DNA of 64,000 nucleotides from Sedimentisphaerales bacterium (GTDB lineage: Bacteria > Planctomycetota > Phycisphaerae > Sedimentisphaerales > SM23-30). A program made the translations under genes and the position numbers. Under the pieces are notes generated by a model. The model was given only the letters and a program-made list of their open reading frames with translations. It did not search any database and had not been told where the DNA came from. Shown piece by piece: positions 55,006-64,000 of the stretch. Within the stretch, counting starts at the first letter, position 1. Each line of letters starts with the position of its first letter. The stretch is from assembly GCA_963663805.2 (NCBI GenBank), contig CAXXMR010000013.1, forward strand, positions 64,001-128,000. Direction: 5' to 3'.

Positions 55006-55649
55006 TCGTAGTATTCTTAGGCCCTCCCGGAGCAGGCAAAGGCACCCAATGCAAATTGCTGGTGGACCGTTATGGTTTGGCTCACCTTAGCAGTGGTGAC
55101 ACCCTGCGTCGGGAACGCAAGGACGGAACGGACCTGGGCAAGAAAGCTCAGTCGTATATGGATGCCGGTCAGCTGGTGCCTGACGATTTGGTCGTCGCCA
55201 TGATGATGAAAGAAATGGAAACCGCCGGCGGAGCTGTCGTTCTGGATGGTTTCCCCCGCACGATAGGCCAGGCCGAGGAGCTTGACAAAGCTGTTCTGGC
55301 CGCCGGTCGTAAAATAGATGTGGTACTCGAACTTTGTGTAGATGATGATAAGCTGGAAGAGCGTATTACCGGCCGGCGGAGCTGCGGTAAATGCGGTGCG
55401 GCTTATCACCTGACATTTAATCCGCCCCAGCAGGATAATCAGTGCGATAACAGCTGTGGTGAACTGACCCAGCGGCCTGACGATACTTCTGCGGTAGTTG
55501 CCGAACGTATCAAGACTTATCATGCTCAAACCGCACCGCTGGTTGAGTATTATGAGAAACAGGGCAACCTGAAGAAGTTCGACGGCAATGTCGCAATAGA
55601 AAAGGTGACCGAGTCACTGGTAACCATTATGGACCAGGTGAAGGCTTAG
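55002..55649 (+). CDS. adk: adenylate kinase (Zn-lid)
   Basis: GPPGAGKGT, LDGFPRT, RPDD. Confidence 0.97.
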   Translation: MIVVFLGPPGAGKGTQCKLLVDRYGLAHLSSGDTLRRERKDGTDLGKKAQSYMDAGQLVPDDLVVAMMMKEMETAGGAVVLDGFPRTIGQAEELDKAVLAAGRKIDVVLELCVDDDKLEERITGRRSCGKCGAAYHLTFNPPQQDNQCDNSCGELTQRPDDTSAVVAERIKTYHAQTAPLVEYYEKQGNLKKFDGNVAIEKVTESLVTIMDQVKA

Positions 55650-55667
55650 GCCTGAAAAAGTTGAATC

Positions 55668-56447
55668 ATGGCCGTTGCGATAAGAAGCAAAAGTGAAATT
55701 GAACGGATTCGCGCTGCCGGCAGAATAGTCGGGAACGTCCTGCAGAAAATTAAAGAACAAGCCGCGGCGGGAATGACTACCGCGGATTTGGCCCGGATAA
55801 GCGATGACATGATTGAGGCTTCGGGCGGAACGGCTCTTTTTAGAGGTGTTCCCAACCCCGGCAGCTTTGATTTTCCCTCGAGTATCTGTGCCAGCGTGAA
55901 CGAAGAACTGGTACACGGCATTCCGGGCAGTAAAAAGCTCCGGGACGGCGATATTGTCAGTATCGATTGCGGTGTAAAGCTGAAGGGCTATTGCGGTGAT
56001 GCAGCCACTACCGTATTAATCGGTAAGGTTGCCCCGGAAGTTGAGCGACTGGTAAAAGTTACTGCCGAAGTATTGGAAATCGCCATCAACAACGTCAAAC
56101 CAGGTGTGTTGTGGAGCGAAATCGCCGGAAAAATGCAAGCTCACGCTGAGCAGGCCGGTTATGGTGTTGTGCGGGAATATGTAGGCCATGGAATTGGCCG
56201 TAAGATGCACGAAGACCCGAAGCTGCCTAATTTTGTGAGCCGCGAACTGCTGAATAATGACCTGTTGCTCAGGCCGGGAATGGTATTGGCGATAGAGCCG
56301 ATGGTCAACCTGGGTACGGCTCGGGTCAGGACGCTGGGTGACGGCTGGACTGTTGTAACCGTGGACGGCAAATGCTCGGCGCATATTGAACACACCATTG
56401 CAGTTACTGAAAACGGCTCGGATGTGTTGACTTTGCCCGACAGATAA
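55668..56447 (+). CDS. map: methionine aminopeptidase type I
   Basis: [24 protein letters not shown]. Confidence 0.97.
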   Translation: MAVAIRSKSEIERIRAAGRIVGNVLQKIKEQAAAGMTTADLARISDDMIEASGGTALFRGVPNPGSFDFPSSICASVNEELVHGIPGSKKLRDGDIVSIDCGVKLKGYCGDAATTVLIGKVAPEVERLVKVTAEVLEIAINNVKPGVLWSEIAGKMQAHAEQAGYGVVREYVGHGIGRKMHEDPKLPNFVSRELLNNDLLLRPGMVLAIEPMVNLGTARVRTLGDGWTVVTVDGKCSAHIEHTIAVTENGSDVLTLPDR

Positions 56448-56473
56448 GGGCAGAGCAGATAAATTGGGAAAAT

Positions 56474-56689
56474 ATGGTAAAAAAAGACGCGATAAGAGTT
56501 GATGCTGTTGTGCAGGAAGCCCTGCCCAACGCTGTTTTCAGGGTTGAACTTGAGAACGGTCATCAGGTATTGGCTCACGTATCCGGCAAGATGAGAATGA
56601 ATTTCATTCGGATTCTGCCCGGCGATAGTGTAACCGTCGAACTAAGCCCCTACGACCTGACCAAGGGGCGGATTGTGCTGAGAAAGTAA
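56474..56689 (+). CDS. infA: translation initiation factor IF-1
   Basis: [25 protein letters not shown]. Confidence 0.97.
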   Translation: MVKKDAIRVDAVVQEALPNAVFRVELENGHQVLAHVSGKMRMNFIRILPGDSVTVELSPYDLTKGRIVLRK

Positions 56690-56704
56690 CAGGTGGAATG
56701 AGCC

Positions 56705-56824
56705 ATGAAAGTACAGAGTTCAGTCAGAAGAATTTGTGAAAATTGTAAGATAGTCAAACGCAAAGGCGTAGTCCGGGTTATTTGCTCGGCTAATCCCCGC
56801 CACAAGCAGCGTCAAGGAAAATAG
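56705..56824 (+). CDS. rpmJ: ribosomal protein bL36 (not in ORF track)
   Basis: [39 protein letters not shown]. Confidence 0.95.
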   Translation: MKVQSSVRRICENCKIVKRKGVVRVICSANPRHKQRQGK

Positions 56825-56836
56825 TGAGGTAATGAT

Positions 56837-57220
56837 ATGCCCCGTATTGCTGGTGTAGATGTTCCCAATGACAAACCGGTTTGGATCGCCCTGAGATATA
56901 TTCATGGCATAGGTCCTTACCTTGCCAAGCAGATACTCAAGGAAGCTCAAATCGAGGACACCTTGAAGGCTGGTAAACTTACCGACGATGAAATCGTGCG
57001 TATAGCGGGCATCATCGACAATAATTACGTTGTCGAAGGTCAGCTTCGCCGTCAGACTGGACAGAATATCGCTCGTTTACGCGATATTGCCTGCTACCGT
57101 GGTCTGCGTCATCGTCGCGGGCTTCCGGTTCGCGGCCAGAACACTCAGAGTAATGCCCGGACCCGTAAAGGGCCGCGTAAGACTGTCGCCGGTAAGAAGG
57201 GCGTCAAGGATATGCACTAA
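56837..57220 (+). CDS. rpsM: ribosomal protein uS13
   Basis: [14 protein letters not shown]. Confidence 0.97.
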   Translation: MPRIAGVDVPNDKPVWIALRYIHGIGPYLAKQILKEAQIEDTLKAGKLTDDEIVRIAGIIDNNYVVEGQLRRQTGQNIARLRDIACYRGLRHRRGLPVRGQNTQSNARTRKGPRKTVAGKKGVKDMH

Positions 57221-57269
57221 CCTTTTTGTGGTCAGTTAAAGCTGACCATGAAATTTCAGGAATTTATTT

Positions 57270-57656
57270 ATGGCCAAAAGAGCAGGTAAAAGAAAAAGAA
57301 TCAGACGTAATGTTGGCAAAGGTATTGTCCATATCAAGGCATCCTTTAACAACACCCTCGTGACTATTACAGACGTGAACGGCGAAACCCTTTGCTGGGA
57401 TTCAGCCGGCACGATCGGTTTCAAGGGTTCGCGTAAAAGCACGCCATTCGCCGCGCAGCGGGCCGCGGAAAAATGTGCGAATTCGGCGAAAAAATTCGGC
57501 GTACTCGAAGTTGAAGTGCGGGTTAAAGGTGCCGGCGGAGGACGCGAGTCCGCTATTACCGCTTTACAGGCGACCGGCATGAGAATCAGCGCTATCGAAG
57601 ATGTTACTCCGTTGCCCCACAACGGTTGTCGGCCCCGTAAGAGAAGACGTGTATAA
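57270..57656 (+). CDS. rpsK: ribosomal protein uS11
   Basis: [17 protein letters not shown]. Confidence 0.97.
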   Translation: MAKRAGKRKRIRRNVGKGIVHIKASFNNTLVTITDVNGETLCWDSAGTIGFKGSRKSTPFAAQRAAEKCANSAKKFGVLEVEVRVKGAGGGRESAITALQATGMRISAIEDVTPLPHNGCRPRKRRRV

Positions 57657-57721
57657 CCACTGAATGATATTTGCAAGACTCGATATAGACTTGAGTCAGC
57701 CTAAGGAGTGATACTAGACAA

Positions 57722-58354
57722 ATGGCTAAGAACACTGGTCCTGTTTGCCGGATGTGCCGTCGTGAAGGCATCAAACTCATGCTGAAGGGTTTGCGCTGCG
57801 AAAGCGCTAAATGCCCCATGGAACGCCAGAACCGCAATCGTCCCCCGGGGATGCATGCCTGGCGTCGTGGTCGCGGCAGTGATTACGGTGTACGTCTACG
57901 CGAAAAACAGAAGGTCAAACGCTATTACGGCGTGCTGGAAAAACAGTTCCGCTCCTACTTCAAACAGGCTGAAAGAATGACCGGTAATACCGGCGAAGAA
58001 CTTCTTCAGTTGCTGGAGCGTCGTTTGGACAATGTGGTATTCAAAATGAACTTCGCGGCTTCACGCCGTCAGGCTCGTCAGATTATCGCTTTGGGACATA
58101 TTCGCCTCAACGGTAAGCGGATGGATATTCCCAGCTATATCGTCAAGCAGGGCGATAAAATCTCTTTCCGCTCCAAGGAAAAGACCGGTAAGATGATTCG
58201 CAATCATCTTGAAGCGGTCCCCGGGGCGGTAATCCAGGAATGGCTGCAAGTCGACCTGACCAAGCTCGAAGGTGTCGTTGCCGCCTTGCCCTCGCGTGAG
58301 GACATCCAGATTCCGGTTGAAGAGCAGTTGATTGTGGAGTTCTGCTCCAAGTAG
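57722..58354 (+). CDS. rpsD: ribosomal protein uS4
   Basis: LREKQK, LERRLDNVV. Confidence 0.97.
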   Translation: MAKNTGPVCRMCRREGIKLMLKGLRCESAKCPMERQNRNRPPGMHAWRRGRGSDYGVRLREKQKVKRYYGVLEKQFRSYFKQAERMTGNTGEELLQLLERRLDNVVFKMNFAASRRQARQIIALGHIRLNGKRMDIPSYIVKQGDKISFRSKEKTGKMIRNHLEAVPGAVIQEWLQVDLTKLEGVVAALPSREDIQIPVEEQLIVEFCSK

Positions 58355-58506
58355 AAATGAAATATGCCGCGAAAAAGCGGTTAATGGGAAGGCTTACGAT
58401 AGCCCCTGTTTTGTCAAAAGTAAGTTGTATCTCGGGCCTCCGGCGTTGGAACGCTCGGAAGGGATTGCAACTGATGCTGGCAGCAGGATAACATGGAGGC
58501 CGAAAT

Positions 58507-59499
58507 ATGCGTATAAGATGGCGTGGTTTGGAATTGCCCACTCGTGTTGAGCTGGACAGAAATGTGTCGACAGATACTTACGGCAGACTTTACATTGAGC
58601 CTTTTGAACGTGGTTTTGGAATTACCGTAGGAAATAGCCTGCGTCGAATTCTGTTGTCGTCCCTGGAAGGTTCAGCGGTCACGGAAATTAAGATTCCGGG
58701 TATGTCGCATGAATTTATGGCTCTGCCCGGCATTGTCGAAGACGGCACCGACTTGATTTTGAATGTAAAGTCGCTGATAGTCGATCTCGACTCCGATTAC
58801 CCGCGTACCATAAGGGTTTCGAAGAAAGGGCCCGGTGTCGTTACCGCAGCTGATATCGAAGCTGACCCTACGGTTACCATTGTCAACAAGGACCAGGTCA
58901 TTGCCACTGTCAGTGATGAGTCCACCTTCGAGATGGAAATGACCGTAGAGCGGGGCCGTGGTTATGTCCCCGCCGATTACGACGATGGTGCCGACGAACG
59001 AGAAGTTGGGATTATTCCCATTGATGCTCTGTTTTCGCCGGTTTCGCGAGTACGTTACAAAACTGAAGAAACCCGCGTTGGCCAGAATATCAATTATGAC
59101 AGATTGATTATGGACATCTGGACCGATGGTTCGGTTACGCCCGAACTGGCATTAGTTGAATCTGCCAAGATATTGCGTAAGCATCTGGGCGCCTTTGTCA
59201 GCTATTTCCAGGTTGGTCGTGATACCGCTTCGGTGACCGAAGAGATCGAAATTGAGGCACCTGTCGAAGCTGAGATCGACGACGCTTTGCGGGCTAAGCT
59301 CGAAGCACCGATTCAGGAGCTGGACCTTACGGTTCGTTCCACGAACTGTCTGGAACTGGCCAAGATCGAAACTATAGGCGAACTGGTTCGGATGCACGAA
59401 ACTCAGCTTCTGTCCTTACGCAGCTTTGGCAAGACCAGCCTGCGTGAGATTCGCAAGAAACTTGAGGATATGGGATTGTCGTTGGGAATGGACGTTTAA
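58507..59499 (+). CDS. rpoA: RNA polymerase alpha subunit
   Basis: EPFERGFGITVGNSLRR, VRSTNCL, FGKTSL. Confidence 0.98.
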   Translation: MRIRWRGLELPTRVELDRNVSTDTYGRLYIEPFERGFGITVGNSLRRILLSSLEGSAVTEIKIPGMSHEFMALPGIVEDGTDLILNVKSLIVDLDSDYPRTIRVSKKGPGVVTAADIEADPTVTIVNKDQVIATVSDESTFEMEMTVERGRGYVPADYDDGADEREVGIIPIDALFSPVSRVRYKTEETRVGQNINYDRLIMDIWTDGSVTPELALVESAKILRKHLGAFVSYFQVGRDTASVTEEIEIEAPVEAEIDDALRAKLEAPIQELDLTVRSTNCLELAKIETIGELVRMHETQLLSLRSFGKTSLREIRKKLEDMGLSLGMDV

Positions 59500-59574
59500 G
59501 TCGGTTCCTGTGGATTGAATGGATAATGGGCTCGAACGCCCAGTTGAAGTAAGTAATAGTAAGGAACGATTGTC

Positions 59575-60132
59575 ATGCGACATCGAGTTTACGGCAGACA
59601 TTTGAGTCGTACCCCCTCGCACCGGGTGGCGTTGAAACGTAACCTGGCAGCTTCTCTTTTCGAGCACGGTACGATAGAGACTACTCTGGAAAAGGCTAAA
59701 TTTGTCCAGCCTTTCGCGGAAAAACTGATTACCCTGGCTAAGAAGGGCAGTCTGCATGACCGCCGCAGGGCTATCGCTTTGCTGCAGGATCGTGCTATCT
59801 GCACCGTCAAAGACGACGAGCCGGAAAAAGTTGGTACTGTAATCAGCAAACTCTTCAGCGAAGTTGGCCCGCAGTTTGCTGAACGCAATGGCGGCTATAC
59901 CCGCATTATCAAGCTGCCCCTGCGTCGAGTTGGCGATAATGGCAAGCTGGTACTACTTCAGCTGGTGACCGAAAAGGTCGCTCCTTCGGCCCCCAAGGCC
60001 AAGGCGGCTAAAGCTCCTGTCGCCCCGGAATCGCCGGTAGAATCCGCCCCTGAGGAAGCACCGGTAGAAGCTGCTCCCGCCGTCGAAGAACAGGCCCCGG
60101 TCGAAGAGGAAACCAAGTCGCAAGACAACTAG
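59575..60132 (+). CDS. rplQ: ribosomal protein bL17 with Ala/Pro/Glu-rich tail
   Basis: MRHR, ETTLEKAK, GGYTRI. Confidence 0.96.
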   Translation: MRHRVYGRHLSRTPSHRVALKRNLAASLFEHGTIETTLEKAKFVQPFAEKLITLAKKGSLHDRRRAIALLQDRAICTVKDDEPEKVGTVISKLFSEVGPQFAERNGGYTRIIKLPLRRVGDNGKLVLLQLVTEKVAPSAPKAKAAKAPVAPESPVESAPEEAPVEAAPAVEEQAPVEEETKSQDN

Positions 60133-60147
60133 ATTTTGATTGATTCA

Positions 60148-60187
60148 CGCCAGGTCTGTGCTTATCGTGCGGACTTGGCGTTTTTTT
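60148..60187 (+). terminator. intrinsic terminator ending alpha operon
   Basis: cgccaggtctg...cggacttggcg followed by T7. Confidence 0.8.
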
Positions 60188-60219
60188 ATGGATAAAAATC
60201 GGGGACAAAGGAGTAAGCT

Positions 60220-60642
60220 ATGGCCGGCGATTGCATTTTCTGTAAAATAGTTAATGGCGACATTCCTTGCAGTAAAATTTACGAAGAACAACGCATCTTG
60301 GCATTCATGGACATCAACCCGCTCTCGCCGGGCCATTGTCTTGTCATTCCCAAAGAACATCACGCAACCTTGATTGACTGTCCCTCTGATTTGCTCGCGG
60401 AGTTGGCCTCCAGGCTGCCCGCTATTGCTCAGGCGGTCATTGCGGTTACCAACGCCGATGGATACAATCTGCTCAACAATAATCACCGCTCTGCCGGCCA
60501 ATTGGTTGACCATGTCCATTTTTACATCATCCCCCGCAAGCAAGGTGACGGGATAATCTCCCACGCCAAACCTAGCCCCTACGCACCCGGCCAGCTCGAA
60601 AAACTTACCACCGCCATTCTCGCGAAGCTAAAATCAATCTGA
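60220..60642 (+). CDS. HIT family protein
   Basis: CIFCKI, DINPLSPGHCLVIPKEH, AGQLVDHVHFYIIPR. Confidence 0.9.
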   Translation: MAGDCIFCKIVNGDIPCSKIYEEQRILAFMDINPLSPGHCLVIPKEHHATLIDCPSDLLAELASRLPAIAQAVIAVTNADGYNLLNNNHRSAGQLVDHVHFYIIPRKQGDGIISHAKPSPYAPGQLEKLTTAILAKLKSI

Positions 60643-60724
60643 GGATACCTCAAGAACAACGCCATCTGTCTTTTTATAGTCCTGTGAATATTTATTAGAT
60701 TTTATTTATGTAAAGGATGTTCTG

Positions 60725-61666
60725 ATGAGCGAAAGTGATAACAGGCTACTGGCCATGGTTGCCACATTGTACTATGTAAACAATCAAAGTCAGAAAAGCG
60801 TGGCCGAGTTAGCTGGCGTTTCTCAGGCCAAGGTTTCTCGTTTGCTCGCCGAAGCACGCGAAAAGGGCATTGTCAGAATCTCGGTTGGCCCTTTCGAGCC
60901 TCGCGACAGAGAGTCAGAGCAGCAGCTCATTGATAAATTGGGCCTTCAGGAAGCCGTAATTGTTAATAACTCTACGACCAGCGAGAGCAAGAACAAAAGG
61001 ACCATTGGTTATTTTGCTGCGCCTATCGTTTCCAAAATGATTTTGCCTAATAGTATCGTCTGCGTTTCCGCGGGTCGTCAGATTGCCCAGATGGTTCGTG
61101 AAATGGAACCGCTCGGTGTCCCTGGCGTTACAGTCATCCAGACTATGGGGGGCATCGGTGCCAACGTCAACGAATATGACGCTGTCGAAATCGCCCGCCG
61201 CCTCGCCAAACTTTGCGGAGCCCATATCTATCAGCTTCAAACACCTACAATCGCGGACACAGTCGAAGAGAAAGAAGTTTTCGTTCGCCACAAACGTGTC
61301 CAGGACATGCTTACTAAAATGGACCAGGCCGATCTTGCCATTATTGGTGTCGGCATCCTTTCCGATTCACTGTTCATCGATCGCGAGTTCTTCAGAAACG
61401 AAGACAGCGAACGTTTAGTCAGGAAAGGTGCTGTAGGAGAAATCTGCGGACGACTCTTCGACGCCGACGGCAATGAATGCGACACTCAATACAAAGATCG
61501 CGTTATTAGCATGTCAATCGACCAGCTCAAAAAAACCCCTAAAGTGGTCGCTGTAACCAGCGGCACAGAACGCGCCCCAGCAGTACTGGCAGCCGCCAAA
61601 GGAGGAATCATCAAAACCCTCGTCTCCGACGAAGCAACCGCCCGAAGGATATTGGAACTAATCTAA
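60725..61666 (+). CDS. SorC/DeoR(Bacillus)/LsrR-type sugar-binding transcriptional regulator
   Basis: LYY..SQ..VA...GVSQAKVSRLL HTH; GAVGEICGRLFDADG; LVSDE. Confidence 0.9.
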   Translation: MSESDNRLLAMVATLYYVNNQSQKSVAELAGVSQAKVSRLLAEAREKGIVRISVGPFEPRDRESEQQLIDKLGLQEAVIVNNSTTSESKNKRTIGYFAAPIVSKMILPNSIVCVSAGRQIAQMVREMEPLGVPGVTVIQTMGGIGANVNEYDAVEIARRLAKLCGAHIYQLQTPTIADTVEEKEVFVRHKRVQDMLTKMDQADLAIIGVGILSDSLFIDREFFRNEDSERLVRKGAVGEICGRLFDADGNECDTQYKDRVISMSIDQLKKTPKVVAVTSGTERAPAVLAAAKGGIIKTLVSDEATARRILELI

Positions 61667-61871
61667 AAAAGCGAACAGATCAAAACGCCGACAGCGTTTT
61701 ATTTGCTGGTCAAATATTGTGTGTTATTTTAAACCTGAACTTCAATAGTGGTATTTTGGCTAATTCCTTGCGGCACCCCTTATTGTTATGCCTAAAAATC
61801 CAAGGTAAATAATTTTATTTTTTTGAAAAAAAGTCAAACCCCACTGGTATTTGACTGCCTGCTAAATCCAA

Positions 61872-62458
61872 GCTAATCCACCGGCTCTGCCGGTGAGAAT
61901 TTATAAGGCTCTGCCGTTAAGTGCGTTACAATGGTCCTCCTTGAGGAAGGCTCCTGGGGTCAAGGAGGACACTATGAAAGACTGGCAGAGTCAGGCCCAT
62001 GTAAAATGGGACTGTAAGTATCATGTTGTTATTGTACCCAAATATCGTCGCAAAGCAATATTTGGTAAGTTGCGAAAGGAAATAGGTGCGATATTGCGAG
62101 AATTGTGCCGCCAATATGGGATAGAGCTTATAGAAGGTAACGCCATGGCAGACCATATTCATATGCTCCTGAGCGTTCCGCCCAAGTACAGCATCGCTAT
62201 GACCATCGGTTATCTCAAAGGTAAAAGTGCCATCCGGATTTCTCGTGATCTGATGCGTACCAAAGGCACTCTCTTTGGCCGCAGTTTTTGGTCTCGCGGT
62301 TATTGTGTAAGTACCGTTGGTCTTGATGAAGCCCATATTCGTAAGTACATTCAAGATCAGGACAAGCATGAGCAAAATATTGAAAAAGGATTAGACTAAC
62401 TGTAATGGCCCCTTTTAGGGGCCTTCCTCATACCACCGGCTCTGCCGGTGGTCATTGA
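61872..62458 (+). mobile_element. IS200-type insertion sequence (tnpA only); ends approximate
   Basis: Same subterminal hairpin caccggc-tct-gccggtg at 61879-61895 and 62434-62450 flanking tnpA. Confidence 0.85.
61974..62399 (+). CDS. tnpA: IS200/IS605 family Y1 (HUH) transposase
   Basis: YHVVIVPKYRR, DHIH, FWSRGY, IRKYIQDQ; AGGAGG SD. Confidence 0.95.
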   Translation: MKDWQSQAHVKWDCKYHVVIVPKYRRKAIFGKLRKEIGAILRELCRQYGIELIEGNAMADHIHMLLSVPPKYSIAMTIGYLKGKSAIRISRDLMRTKGTLFGRSFWSRGYCVSTVGLDEAHIRKYIQDQDKHEQNIEKGLD

Positions 62459-62569
62459 TTAAAACTGGACGTTCTCTGGACGATTTGAGGGTATTTTGAG
62501 ACTAAAACGAGAAAGTTAAGACAAATAAAAAGCCTCATAAACTATTAACTTACAAGGCTTTATATTTAA

Positions 62570-62615
62570 TGGGTAGAGGCGGACTTGAACCGCCGACACA
62601 CGGATTTTCAGTCCG
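62570..62615 (-). pseudogene. 3' half of tRNA-Phe(GAA), probable att-site remnant
   Basis: Minus strand cgga-ctGAAaa-tccg tgtgtc ggcgg-ttcaagt-ccgcc tctaccca; no D-arm or 5' acceptor strand upstream. Confidence 0.85.
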
Positions 62616-62796
62616 AATTTGGCTTCCGTAAGTGTTTTCCTAATAATGCTTTATATGGGTTAAATCAGGACTTGTAGAACCAACGGTAAATCAAAGCAGA
62701 ACCAAAGTAGCACCAAAGGTGCATGCTTGGGACGCGATTTTGGGACGCGGTATCAGCTCACACGATACATAGTACAGCTACAAGGAGGGTAAAATT

Positions 62797-63066
62797 GTTT
62801 ATACCAAACTCCAGGAACTTGGCATCTAAAACGAAGATGCGAGGTTTGTGCTGCCCAATGCCATCCAGAGTGAGATTGTTATATCCGCCAATTTCCGTCA
62901 ACTGCGGCAAATATTCTACCTTAGGTGTGACAAGCATGCCCAATGGGAAATCAGAAAAGTCGCCCTCCAAATGCTTCGCATCATGCAAAAGGAAGCTCCA
63001 TCTGTGTTTGATGGTTTCGTGATTGACGAAGAAGCTGAAACTGCTTGCACAAAGTTTGATTCTTGA
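62797..63066 (+). pseudogene. thyX: flavin-dependent thymidylate synthase C-terminal remnant
   Basis: VYTKLQELGI*NEDARFVLPNA...NFRQL...LRC...AQWEIR; internal TAA at 62827, no N-terminal half. Confidence 0.75.
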
Positions 63067-63398
63067 AGTGATGTTGCGACGATTCAAGCAAAAACACCTT
63101 GCTGTGTAAATACATATGTTACTGATCTGACAATCTCTTAGGTTTTCCATTTCGATCACCATGATAACCATGCTGATCATGATGTCCAGGATTTTAGTTG
63201 AGGTTTAGTTGCAGTCTGGTCAATAACGGAATACGCGTTGTCGCGATGCCGCGGCCCGAGACTTCTACCACATCGACCAGACGGTCCGAACACTGCGTGT
63301 CAAAGGACATTTGCCATACTCAACGACCATCCTCGCTGCCAGCTGGTTCGCTGACTGATGAGACACAGAACCTGGAAGATGCCCAGAAGACACCTCAG

Positions 63399-63998
63399 CT
63401 AGTATCCAAGGTGCGCCGATAGATCCGACAGAGAAGTGATTACACCCCCCCCGGCAATGCCCTGCCGTTGCAGGTGCAAGGCCCTAAACCCCAACTGCTT
63501 TGGCTTCTCATAGTCATGCTCAACGTTGTCGCCAACAAACAACACGGCTGATGGACGAACCGCCATAGCACGCGCAAGCTCTGAGTATATCCGAGCATCC
63601 GGTTTTCCGATGCCAAGATCACATGAGAAGAGTACACACTCAAACCACTCATCCAACCCCTTCTCGTAGAACCACGGCTTGTAGAGCGTACATTGATTCG
63701 ATACTATCGCCAACCTACGCCCTGTCTTTCGGATTCTGGCCAGCACCGACAATACCTCTGGATAGAGCCGGATATTCGCCAGATCATACTCCAGTTGAGC
63801 ACACATCGCCCCCATGTACATTGATAGGTCATATCCTAACCCCTCCCTCAACTCCCCCAGAAGCCCCGCCGCAGATTCCTGCTGTCTCAACAGGTAGTAC
63901 GGTTTCACCTTCTGCCGCCAGAACTCCCTCTCTTTGGGTAACCCCGCCTTCAACAGCGTAAACGTTCTCCACCCATCAGGTAGGTAGATCAACGTGTC
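63399..63998 (-). CDS. HAD-superfamily hydrolase, 5' end beyond window
   Basis: DTL motif I tail at window edge, IVSN, KPDARIY, FVGDNVEHD. Confidence 0.85.
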   Translation of the reverse strand, partial: DTLIYLPDGWRTFTLLKAGLPKEREFWRQKVKPYYLLRQQESAAGLLGELREGLGYDLSMYMGAMCAQLEYDLANIRLYPEVLSVLARIRKTGRRLAIVSNQCTLYKPWFYEKGLDEWFECVLFSCDLGIGKPDARIYSELARAMAVRPSAVLFVGDNVEHDYEKPKQLGFRALHLQRQGIAGGGVITSLSDLSAHLGY

Positions 63999-64000
63999 CC

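Larger units (their letters stand above)
62616..64000. mobile_element. left edge of integrative element/genomic island, continues beyond window
   Basis: Begins at tRNA fragment; 4 x 11-bp repeats 62675-62718; ttgggacgcg direct repeat 62727/62740; decayed genes. Confidence 0.6.

Noticed and set aside
62570..62615. Functional tRNA-Phe
   Set aside because: D-arm and 5' acceptor strand are absent.

Overview
Bacterial chromosome segment, most likely from an anaerobic planctomycete (Phycisphaerae-like). This is inferred from the LEPRxLL-type surface protein, PEP-CTERM protein, Minf_1886-type protein, atypical EF-Tu switch I and lack of rpmD. 1-3361: oxidative-stress cluster (Fur/PerR, rubrerythrin, flavodiiron protein, desulfoferrodoxin, ferritin, rubredoxin). 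3.5-25.6 kb: accessory and housekeeping genes, including a NifA-like activator with divergent sigma54 promoters, an orphan methyltransferase with a sulfatase maturase and TauE, tmk-holB-PSP1-metG, mltA and two large surface proteins. 26-60 kb: the tuf-secE-nusG-rplKAJL-rpoBC-str-S10-spc-alpha supercluster. 60-64 kb: HIT, a SorC-type regulator, an IS200-type element and the edge of an element integrated at tRNA-Phe. Most striking: (i) uL22 carries an N-terminal XRE-type helix-turn-helix domain; (ii) a ~190-nt structured RNA with its own promoter lies between fusA and rpsJ; (iii) a strand-biased family of heptamer-repeat elements sits at gene ends. Several essential genes (metG, rplJ, fusA) and PSP1 are broken by apparent 1-bp insertions, probably assembly errors. 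All calls are by eye; no searches were run.
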